Shown here one piece after another: positions 47,331 through 59,200 of a stretch of DNA of 64,000 nt. Within the stretch, counting starts at the first letter, position 1. Every line of letters begins with the position of its first letter. Source of the stretch: Blepharisma stoltei ATCC 30299 (taxonomy: Eukaryota; Protista; Ciliophora). A program made the position numbers and the translations under genes. Below the pieces are notes generated by a model. It was not told the DNA's origin. It did no database searches and worked only from the letters and a program-made list of their open reading frames with translations. The stretch is from positions 124,001-188,000 of the forward strand of contig CBFDEM010000008.1 of assembly GCA_965603825.1 (NCBI GenBank), in the 5' to 3' direction.

Positions 47331-47768
47331 ATGAATACTTGCCTATTATGCCAAGATATTTGCTGCCCAGAACACTGCTGTAATTGAGACGAATGCACTT
47401 GTGGCGACTGCGATATGTGCACTCCTCATTCTGAAACTCAGCCTACACAAACTCAAGCAGAGACCCAGATTCCAGCCCAATACAATGATAATGCAAAGAT
47501 CATTCTTATAGGCAAAAACAAAGAATCTGAGCCAGTCAAAGAAAAAACTCGGACTTCAAGCGAGCTTGGTTTCGCATCTTTGCAGAATAAAGAAGAATAC
47601 GTGTTTAAGGCTGAAGAAACAAAAGAAGAGAGAAAATCATTACCTAATAAATTGGTTGAGGAAGAAAAAAGCGAGATAGAAGATATGTATGATATCGATT
47701 TAATAAGAAAGGCAGCAGGTGGTGGAATTCATGGCATTCGATATTTAAAAAAGAAATTGTCATCTTAA
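47331..47768 (+). CDS. Small protein with metallothionein-like Cys cluster at the N-terminus, 145 aa
   Basis: ATG 47331 gives MNTCLLCQDICCPEHCCN-W(TGA)-DECTCGDCDMCTPH, in frame with ORF 47415-47768. Confidence 0.72.
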
Positions 47769-48414
47769 GGGAGCATGAATAAGCATATTTTTTAAGTTAA
47801 TTTATTTAAAATAATTATTGGGTGTTTAGATTGATTTTCTAACCCTCCTTTAAGAATTACAAAAATTTCTTGCTCACTCTTAAAGCAGACGAGTATAGAT
47901 TATCAATATAATTTAATATAAAGGCCTTATAGATTTCTTTATCAATACTTATAAGAAAAATTTAGTAGATATATATAAAAAATGTAACTCTACCAATAAA
48001 AGTAGTGAATTTATCTCTGAATTTCTCTGTTTATCATTTCATCAATTATTTGATTATTGTTTATTTATACAAAATTAACTAATTATTATTCAAAACACAT
48101 AAAGCTTAAATATAAATTATGATTATAAAAGACATTTCTAATTTAATTGCCTATAAACTCTTTTATCTTTTAATTAGTATCTTCTAAAATATCATTTATA
48201 TTTCTTTATAATGAAAATTGGTTAGCCTCAGCTTGATTTAGTAAAAATTAATCCTCAAGATCCTGCGGTATTTAATATTCATAATCAATTCAGCCCCTAT
48301 AATCTTATTTAAATTTTTACGGAATATATGGATTAAGATGCTTTCAATTTTTAACTCCTTTTAATATTATTGTATCTTTTTATATATATATAAGATATCT
48401 TATATAATAAATTT

Positions 48415-48910
48415 ATGGCTTAATGAATTTTATGTGGACATTTTTATGCTCTGAAAATTTAATTATTTTTAATTCAGAAAGGCGATCATAAATGTAATCC
48501 AGGCCTATGAATTTATATTGTAATTATGACTCCAATCCTGATTTTATGGCAGATACTAAAAGAGAAATCTGATTTTTATAAGAATTGTATAAATCTTGAT
48601 GGTTGTGGTGCTAAAACTCGGAAATGGCATCTGTAAGAGCTCTTGCAGTACTGAAACTGTGGGCTTAATTGAGGAGATTAAACTTGCTTTCCAGGTTGTT
48701 TGGACTCTATGCTGGGAGATGGGAATGGCGATGAAGTTTGTGATAGCTTAGATTGCGATCTAGACAATCATGATTATGGGCAATGTGTAAGTGGGTACTT
48801 TGCAACAGTGCTAGACAATTGAATTTGCAATTATGAATGCAATAATGAAATTTGCCTATATGATTAAAGACTGCCAATGCACATATAATTTCTTATGGAC
48901 TGATTATGCA
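48415..48910 (+). pseudogene. Decayed tandem duplicate of the 5' (signal/LNR) end of the receptor gene at 49229
   Basis: Colinear similarity with ~49233-49770 (GAAAGGCGATCATAAATG, AATTGTATAAATCTTGA, GATTGCGATCTAGACAATCA, GACTGCCAATGC, TATGGACTGATTATG) but with indels and stops. An intron remnant (..TTTTTAATTCAG) is retained. Confidence 0.9.
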
Positions 48911-49228
48911 AATTGGAGAAAAAATGTTTAATTTAAATGTATAACTTTTTTAAAAAATTAATATAAGAAATAGATATAAATTTAAGAAATTGATGGTAAT
49001 TTTTTATTTTTATGAAGAATTTAATATTAAAAAACTGCTCACTTTTATCTTTTATTTTAAAATTGATTAATTCTTGCTTTATTTAGCAAAAATAAATCGT
49101 TAAGTATTCTGCTTTCTTTAATAATAATTATCATTTTGTTTAGCTTTCATCTAATTTTATTTATATTTTTATCGAAATATAAGGGCTAATATGTTTTTTA
49201 TTTTTACCTGCTTTGAATATTAAATTAA

Positions 49229-52200
49229 ATGAATGGCTTAATGATTTTTGTCTGGACATGGCTCGCTGAAACTAAAGACCTCACATGCAGCTTATCCGCA
49301 TGTCCTGATATTATAGTAATTTTTAACTTAGAAAGGCGATCATAAATGCGATCCAGGCTGTATGAGTTTATATTGCAACTATGATTCCAATCCTAATTTT
49401 GATGGGCAGCTAATAAAAGAAAACTCTGATTGCTATGAAAATTGTATAAATCTTGACGGCTGCGATTCTAATAACCTCGGAAATGGTATCTGTGAGAGCT
49501 CTTGCAATACTGAAAACTGTGGGCTTGATTGGGGAGACTGTACTTGCTCTCCAGGATGTTTGGACTCTATGCTTGGAGATGGAAATTGTGATGAAGTTTG
49601 CGATAACTGAGATTGCGATCTAGACAATCACGATTGTGGGCAATGTGCAAGTGGATGCTTTACTACTATGCTAGGGAATGGAATTTGCGATTATGAATGT
49701 AATAATGAAGATTGCCTATATGATTACAAAGACTGCCAATGCTCAGAAAATTGTTTATGGACTGATTATGGAACCTGCAAGCCAGAATGCATGGTATTAG
49801 AATGTAACTATGATAAATTAACCCAATATGCAAATAATTGATGCCAAAATATCTCCTTAGCTATTTTTTCTTCTTACCAGCAGATTATTCGTAAAAATTT
49901 TTCATACATTGTACATCTTGAAGACTGTTATGAAGCCTCAAATCATGAATGCACACTAGAAAAGGCATTAAATTTTTCAATTTGCTATCAAGAATGCAAT
50001 ATCACCGAATGCAACTTTGCCAATGGAAATTGTTTTTATAATCCTACTCCCTTATTATGCGGTCGCTATTACGATTTTTCATATAATTTTTGTTTATCCT
50101 GCTTAAATTATACATTTAATGTTTGATCTGATGGGGATTGTATTCAGAGTACTGACAGTTCCTTAACTCTTCCAGATGGCTCAAGTGCAATAATTCCAAT
50201 AAAAGACAGTTCATCTCCAAGCAACCCCCACATTTACTTCGTCCGATCAGACATAAATTCTAACATTACTGCTGGTGATGGGACTTATTTTTCTCCTTAT
50301 ACCAATTTTATTAATGCGCTTTACCATATTCAGCATCGCTACTCAACAGTTATTTTATTAGAAGGAGATAATTATTACCTTACTGTCTATAATACTCCTA
50401 CCGTTTTTTTATCCCCAATCGTATTTCTGAGAGGCTTGGCTGACAAATATATAAAAGTGACAACATTGAACCATTCAATAGCCAATTTTAGGAGGGTTAA
50501 AGATGATGACAGTAATGGTTCTCATGATACATTTAATTTTGATTTGCAGAATATTCCAAGTTTTGAGATAAATAATGTGGTTTTTAACTGGGAAGACACG
50601 ATATCTGATTGTAGTAATAGCAGCTATTGTGATTATTGCCCTTATGTTGTGTATGATTCTAATTCAAGCTCGTATTATAATGACAGAGGAGAACCTATAA
50701 CTGAATTTTTGCCATATTCATGATGCAAACAAGACCGAAGAACAAATTTTTTTTCCCTTACAGAAACAAATTTAATGCTTAAAAATGTATTTTTTATTAA
50801 TTTTCGAAACGGTTTTAATTCTCTGGTATCTATTAATGGTTGGAGCAATGTGACTTTATTTAATGTGACATTTGATAATATCAGGATTTATAATGAAGAC
50901 TCTTCATCAGGAATTATTTTTCGAGATGATATTTTGCACAACTCAGGAAATTTAGAGTTTACCAATGGGGTGGTTAGCAGGGTTAATAATGGCTATGAGC
51001 TGTGAGATATCATCAACACAAGAGGATTTTTATATGCGACAAGCATAAATTCAGTCGTTTTCAGGAATGTGGATTTTAGTAATAATGTGGTTTTCAAGCA
51101 AACTTTACCTGGAATTAATGAGGCTGCTCTGATTACTTTGAATATGTTTCAAGCATTGCGGATAGATAAATGCAATTTTACATATAACTATTGCGATTTG
51201 GGGATATTAAATATCAAAGGAGACTATTTAAATTTTTCAGCTGAAATTAATGATAATTCGACAGTTATTTACTCGACAATTAATAATATTTATATTTCAA
51301 ATTCAAGATTTGTGTCAAATTATGGAAAGCAGGGCGGAATATTATATGCACTGTATAGCTCTGAAGTGCAAAATTTGCTTATTGAAAACTGCTTATTCAG
51401 TTTGAATGGCGTTGAAGAGCAGCCTTTAATATATTTTGAAGGTCCATCTGTAAGTGAGAATTATGTAAGTGACAGCGAAGTGAATTTAGTCTTGCCCAAT
51501 GGCAGTATAGCTAAGGGGAAATATTTAGCTAAATGATGAAAATTATATAATTCAAGCTTTATTGAGAATTATTCTGGGAGTAGCGGAATGATTGAGATTA
51601 ATAATATGGTTAATATCAATTGAAAATATATCAATATAACAAGAAATGGTGAGATTTCTACTGAAATTATGAATATAAATTCTATTTTTACAAAATATTA
51701 TACTGATAATCCAAAAGTCTATGCAAAATTAAACGTATCTGATCCTCCAGACTTGAATTGTGAGTCACTATCAGCATTGTCTAATTCCATCAATTTAAAT
51801 CTTGAGCAAGTAAACATAACCAATAATATCTGCAAATTTTCATCCCCCAACATAATTATATCAAATACCACTAATATCTCCATAAACTATTCTCATTTCG
51901 CAAATAATTATGGCACTGGAGCTGATGGGGTTTGCTTATCTCTTGACGATAAAAGTGCAGCAATTATTGGATATTCTGAATTTATTTCAAATAAAAATTA
52001 TGATTCACGTAGATCAGGAACAATAAGCAGCTATTGTAAACTCTCGCTAGAAAACTGCACATTTTATAATAACACAGGTGCGCTTTATTTTGAAGGACAA
52101 AGTCTTGAAATAATATCATCTATATTTGACTCTAACAATTCTACTGGGTCTCATGGAGGCAGTATTTATTTTTCTATTTCATCATATGACATTAATTTTT

Positions 52201-55200
52201 CATTACTATCTGTCTATAACAGTACTTTTGAAAATAATTTTTGTTCAGTTTATGGAGGAGCTATTTTTATTGATAAAAAAACTCCACTAAAAAATATTCT
52301 AACTATGAGAATTGAAAATAGTTCTTTTTACAAAAACAAAGCTATAGATGGCTCCTGCTTTTATATAGACGAAAACGTAGAACTTTCTACTGATTCAGCA
52401 GCTATTAATTGCAAATTTCATGGTAATAACGCCATTTCTTCAGGGGCTATATTACTTGCATACACGCATGGAGTGATTCTATTTGAAAAATGCAGCTTTG
52501 TTGGGAGCATTGGAGCTTACAGTTCAGTTTTTGATATCTCAATAGGTGAAGATGAAAAGCTGAGCCCTTCAAAAATAATTTTAAATTTATGCATTTTTCA
52601 GTGGAATTATGGAGAGAATACTATTTCACTTGGAAATTCAAAAAGAAATTCGACGCTAGAAACGAATGATTGCAATTTTGAATATAATACTGGATTAATA
52701 TTTTCTTTTGATAGTGGCTATGCTTTTGATAAAAATTCAAAAATCCGGCACAATTATTCAAAGTTGTCTGGAGGTTCGTTGAATCTAAAGAACTCAGCAG
52801 TATTTTTATCTGTAAATGCTACACATTTTAACTGCACCAGCAATCTTAATGGCGGGGCAGTGTCAATTAGCTTAGGATCTCAATATTTTTGTTCATTTTG
52901 CATTTTTGAAAACAATCATGCAGATTTTTCTGGAGGTGCTATATATGCTGATTCAGATGCAAGTTTTTATATCGAACAATCAGTACTTAATGGCAATTCA
53001 TGTAAAACTAAAGGTTCAGCAATATCTATTTCAAGTTCATCTGCAAACTCTACGATAACTAAATCAGAGATTTATGGAAATTACGCATACAATGACGGAA
53101 CAATTTTTGTTTTATCATCGATACTATCAATATTTTCATCAAAAATTCATAATAACTCAGCAGGAGGAATAAATCCTGGCTTATATGCTGATGATTCTAC
53201 AATTGCAATAAGTGATGCAGATTTTGCTTTCCAAAATGGGGATCAAGGCTGCTTTATTTTTATGAACGCTTGCTCTGCTAAAATAAATGGCACAGTATTT
53301 TCTGGAGGATACTCAATTAGTTCTGGGACTGCCATACACTCTACATCTAGTGAAATGGAAATAGGTTTTTCAACTTTTTCAGGACTTTCCTCGAATGAGA
53401 CTGGAGGTGCAATTTATTTTTATGAGGGCAGCTCTCTTTATATTAAAAATTCAAAATTTCTAAACCTGAATTCTTCAATTGATTCATATTTAAGCTCGAT
53501 TTCTATAACAGACACAGTTTTCAGTAGCAGCTCAAGCGTTGCTATCCTAGGAATAAAAATCACTGAATTACTCATCTCATTTTCTGAATTTTTAAATAAT
53601 TTAGGAAGCGATGGGGGTGCAATTTATTGTTCCCAATGCAATAAAATTTTAATTGCTGAATCTTTATTTGAAGATAATTTTGCAGAAAAAGGAGGGGCAA
53701 TTTTTATTGAAAACCAGGCAGATAATCCCACTATATGCAGCATTATATTATGCACATTTCAGTCGAATAATGCTAGTAGTGGAGGTGCAATTTTTGCAAA
53801 CAATATAAATTTGAATGTGTCTTTTTCGAATTTTATTGAAAATTATGCAAAATCCTCTCGAGCTGAGTCTTTGCTAAATATTGTAGATGGTATTGGAGGT
53901 GCAATAAAAATAGATTATGAGGATTATAAGGCATCTAATTATTTTAATATTTCAGGAAATCGCTTTAGCTATAACAGAGCAACTTATAGGGGAGGTGCTA
54001 TATCCTGAGATAATTCAAATTCTATACTTGAAAATAATATTTTTCACAATAATTCTGCATTCTATGGGGATGATTTTGCTTCCTACCCTACTATGATCAT
54101 TTATTTAAATCAGAGTAATAGTAGATATTTGAAAAGTCAAGTTCTATCAACAAATGTAGAAAACCTAGCATTAAGCAATGTGGCTTCAGGTCAGAATAAT
54201 AACCCGTCGCTGATATTTGCGATAGTAGATGAATTTTATCAAATAATTACCACTGATATATATAGCCAGGCTCAATTGATGGCTAGTGATAATGATACTG
54301 TCATATCAGGAGTATCAGTTGCTTATGCTTTAAATGGAATTTATTATTTTGAAAATTACGTAATTTCAGCTAAGCCAGGCTCATCAGTTCAAGCTTATAT
54401 TTCTTCCTCCGCAATAGATACAAAAGCAGAGAAATTAAAAAATTCCCAAAATTTTTATATAAATGCTAGCATGAGATTATGCGAAATAGGAGAAGCTGTA
54501 GTTGGGCTTAATTGCGAAGTTTGCCCAGAATTTTATTATAATATCGATAGTTCCAGCGGCAAATGTTCTAATTGTCCATCCTCAGCAGTTTGTTATGGAA
54601 ATTATACAATTGTGCCAAAACCAGGATATTGAAGAGATAATAATCTCACTGATATTTTTTGAAAATGCCCTTATCCTCCTTCTTGTTTAGGCTCTCCAGA
54701 TTCTAATAATATATCTTTTGTAGGTATTTGTGAAAAGGGATATGAAAGTAATATGTGTAATTCATGCCAAAAAGGATATGCAAGATTATATAGCAATCAA
54801 TGCCAAAAATGTCCAGATACTACTGGCAATATATTTAGATGACTTGGATTTTTTTGGTTATTTTGTTTTATAGTAATGATTATAAATAAGGTAGGAAAAA
54901 TCTTAATTGAGCCTTGGGTATTTTTGCAAATATACATAAAAATCTTTTGAGATTATTTACAATTTACGATTATCATCGCTACTTTTAATTTAAATTGGCC
55001 ATATAAAATAACTTGATTGTTTTATATAGACAACTGTGTTGATTATATTAATGCTCAGCTCTTCTCCTTCGACTGTTTTTTGCAGTCTTCATACTCAAAA
55101 AGCGAAATCTATTTTTACAAAATCCTCTTTACAAGCCTAACTCCATTTTACATTGCAATTATTTTTTTATTTTGATGAATCATAGTCTATAAGGTTAAAA

Positions 55201-56141
55201 GGAAACGTTTAAAAGATTTAAAAGATGGCTATATACCATCACTTATAATAATATATTTTTTAATATACCCAAGCGTTGCAAAATCGATGCTTAATACTAT
55301 GAGCTGCAAGGAAATAAACCTTGGAGAATTTTGGCTCAATGAAGATCTAGGAATTAGATGCTGAGATCAACGCCATTTTCAATTGGCATTCCTATTGGCG
55401 TTGCCTGCATTAATTATATGAGTTATTGCAGTTCCTGGCTTTTGCCTTTGTTTTTTTAAAAAAAATAAGAAGAAGTTAACAGAAACTTGAATGAAGCTAC
55501 GATTTGGATTTTTATGTAATGGATATAAATCAAAGTTTTACTATTGGGAGTTTTTGATGCTTTATTGCAAGACAATCTTAATTTTATGCTCAGTATTTTT
55601 ACCATATATTTCGCAAAATATTCAAGTCCTTATAACCTTTCTCTTACTTGCCTTGCTTTTCCACATCCACAACAAAAATAAGCCATTTATATTGCAAAAT
55701 CTGAACCAAAGTGAAAGTTTTGCTATATCCATATCTCTATTAACAATTTTAGCTGGTTTTCTCTTTATAGCAAATGCTCTAAATGAAGAGTTACTTACCT
55801 TTTCAGTCTTATTTTTGCTAATTATTCATTGTTTATTTATACTTTACATTGCACTCAAATCTTTATCACTGATCCAAGCACTTAGTTCTCTTATTATAAT
55901 AATAAAAAGAAGTTTGCGTCTTAAATCAAAATATTCTATCGAAGAAAATTCTAAGAATGATCATGAGGAAATGGTTCGAGATTATAAAATACTGCCTTTA
56001 CAAGATGAAAAATTATCGACTACAATTGTCCCTTTTGATTACATAAAAACTTTTCAAAATATTTCATCTATGGAAAACGTAAGTCTTTCGGTTGAATTAG
56101 ATCCTTTTACTTCAGAAAAAAGCTTACCAGCTGATAATTAA
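49229..56141 (+). CDS. Large surface receptor-like protein A: signal peptide, LNR (Notch/LIN-12) repeats, pectin-lyase/Pmp-like beta-helix, Cys-rich stalk, multi-TM domain, ~2298 aa
   Basis: All plus-strand ORF fragments from 49362 to 56141 share one frame and are separated only by TGA (about 19). One 16-nt intron. LGNGICESSCNTENCGLDWGDC repeats, many FxxN..GGAI repeats, CxxCP motifs, YLQF..NWP, RFGFL..GYK..FYYWEF. Confidence 0.88.
49316..49331 (+). other. 16-nt spliceosomal intron
   Basis: GTAATTTTTAACTTAG; needed to join the signal-peptide exon (CPDII|KGDHKC) to the main frame. Same position as intron 1 of paralog B. Confidence 0.88.
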
Positions 56142-56276
56142 TATAAGTTTATAAATCATCATAACCGTTTTTATTAAGACCAATTTTTTAAATATTTTCT
56201 CAGAATTTTATCACTCAATGGAGAAATATTGAATTATATTAAAAAATTTTATTTATATAAAAATAATTTTATAACA

Positions 56277-59200
56277 ATGTGACTACAAGTAATCGTTCTT
56301 CTTGCTTCAGCTAGTGGAATAAACATTGCATGCAATCCAAACGACTGTCCTCCTATATCTGTAAATTTTAATCAGAGAGGTGACACTTCATGTAATCTAA
56401 ACTGCATGACTTCATACTGCGATTTTGATTCACAAGAACTTAAAAATAGTCCAAACAATTATTTAAATTCAGACTGCACAAAGGCATGCCTTGCATCTAC
56501 TTCTTGAAAATGCAAAACGGCAAAACTTGGAAATGGCGTCTGCGATAATTCCTGCAATACCCCAGCATGTGGTTATGATTTTGGTGACTGCGGATATTGT
56601 GCGCCTTCATGTAACTTATATTTAGGTTTCCAACAGCAATTAGGAGGATCTTGTGACCTTGAGTGCAATACAACATCCTGCTATTATGATTATGGAGCCT
56701 GTCTAGATTGTGCTATTGGGTGTAATTCTACAGTTTTAGGTGACGGAACTTGTAATCAAGAATGCAATAATAAAAAATGTGGCTTTGACAATGGAGACTG
56801 CTTAAACACCTCTTGTGCGCCTAACTGCTTTTTTTGAATGATAAATAATTCTATCTGTGATGAAGCCTGCCACGTCCAGGAATGCAATTATGATGGAACT
56901 GATTGTGACTGCTCTCCTGGCTGCTTTTCAGAATTATTAGAAAATGATGAGTGTGATGAAATTTGTAATAATTCTTTGTGTGAATGAGATGGAGGGGATT
57001 GTGGATATTGCGCAAGCGGCTGCTTTTTAGATATGCTGATAAATAATGTATGTGATGCCGCTTGCAACAATTTTGCTTGTAAATATGACTATTATGTGTG
57101 CAAATGCAATGATGGTTGTCTAGCTGAAGATTATGGAAAATGCAAGCCAGAATGCCTGACTGTTGATTGTATCTATGATCAAGTAAGCCCTGATCCTAGC
57201 AAAAGATGCAATAATAAAGATTTGGTCTTATACACCCTTTACCAGCAAGCAATTTATAATGATCCTAGACATTTAGTATATTTTGATAACTGCTCATCAG
57301 TCTCATCTAATAAATGCTCACTACAAATGTCTATCAACCAAACTAAATGCTACAGCGAATGCAATTTTCTGGAGTGTAACTACGGCCTATGCAACCTAAC
57401 TTCTAATTGCTATTCCATGCCTACTGATGCTTGAAGTTTATGTCATATATGACGTTCTTCAGGGTGATATTTTGAAAATAAGTCCAATTCTCTAATTTCT
57501 AATATATATTTTCTTGGCCAAGTTTTATCCTATGATAGTGAATATAAAAAGTCCAATCTCCCCGACTTTTGAATTTTTTATGCCACTTCAACTCAAGCAG
57601 GCATTTCTCCATCAGGAGAGGGAAGCTATTTTTTACCATTTGAAACCCTTGATTATGCATTTTCATCAATTCTTAATTTGCAAGCAGAAGTAAATGTGCT
57701 GATACTTGCAAACGATGGAAATTATACATTAACTCAAAATTGGGATTGGCAGAGGTATAATATTAAAAAATTCACTTTGATGCCGCTTGAAAAAGATAAA
57801 GTAATAATAAGAATTAATGGGTGGACACAATTGTCACTGGAGGTGGGTGCAAATTCAACGTTTAAAAACTTGATTTTTGATGGATCTGGGCAATTTAACA
57901 ACTGCAATGATTCGGTCTATTGTGAATATTGTTCATATAGCACCTATAATGAAACTGATGGATTCTATTATAGTGATAGGAATCAGCCAATTTCCCAAAA
58001 TTTACCAGTTGATATTTGTAGCAAACAAGATTCTAGTCTCAGTCTCTTTAGCCTTAATGGTCAAGCATTTATATTGAAAAACGTGGAAATAAAGAATTTT
58101 CGATTTAATTATGATTCTATCATAGCTGGAAATGGCATTTTGAAGCTATATAATGTTAATTTCGACAATATAAGATTAAGCGGAAAGGAAAAAAGCGCTG
58201 TTATATATGCACAATCCCAATATGATTTCGAAATCTCTTATATTGGAGGCTCTCTAACAAGACTAAACAACGGGTATGAATTTGGAGATTCTCTTGATTT
58301 TTCTGGGTTTCTCTATGTAGAAACTGAAGCATCAATTTTAATCAAAAACGTAAAATTCAAATACAACTTGGTATACAAAAAATCTAAAATTTCATTGTCA
58401 AGTGGATCATTAATATATATTGATTTGATAAAACAAATTGAAATAGAAAATTGTACGTTTATGTATAATTATTGCGAAAATGGATTATTTTATATAAATC
58501 TTGATATTTCTGAGTATACTGCTGATTATAATGAAACTCTTTACTTAAAGACTCTACTTCTGAATAATATATATATTCATGATTCACAATTTACGTCAAA
58601 TTATGGGAATTTTGGTCTTGTTTATATTAGTTTTTTAGGTATGCTTCTGAATATTTATTTAGACAATTTGACTTTCGAATCAAATGGAGCTGACAATGGA
58701 TCATTAATTTACATTTATAATGCACAAATTTTAGACGAGTATAAGGCTGAAACTGTTAGAACTATAGATATCTCATCAACTAAAACAGTTTCGGTTATTT
58801 TATCACCAAGATGATGTAATATTTTTAATATCTATTTTAAAAATAATTATGCAACGGGAATGCTCAACACAATTAATTTGGTATATTTTTACTTATATAA
58901 TTTGACTATAGATTCAAGCGGGTCTCCAAATAACGATAAAAATATCAAAACCTTACTGCTAGATTATTTCATTGAAAATCGCCAAATTGAAGATTTATAT
59001 ATAAGCAGGCCAAAAATGCACCCAAAAATTCTTGATTGCGATTTTATGGTATCTTTAACAGACTCATATAATTTCAGTATCTATAACTTGTCATTATCAA
59101 ATAATGTATGTAGAAACTCATCTCCAAATTTTCAGATCTACAATTCTGGAATAAATGAAATCACTAAAATCAGCTGCTTTAACAATACTGGAAACGGACC

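Noticed and set aside
56722-56739. Possible extra intron GTAATTCTACAGTTTTAG in gene B
   Set aside because: 18 nt with no A at -6, and the unspliced reading CNSTVLGDG fits the LNR repeat spacing.
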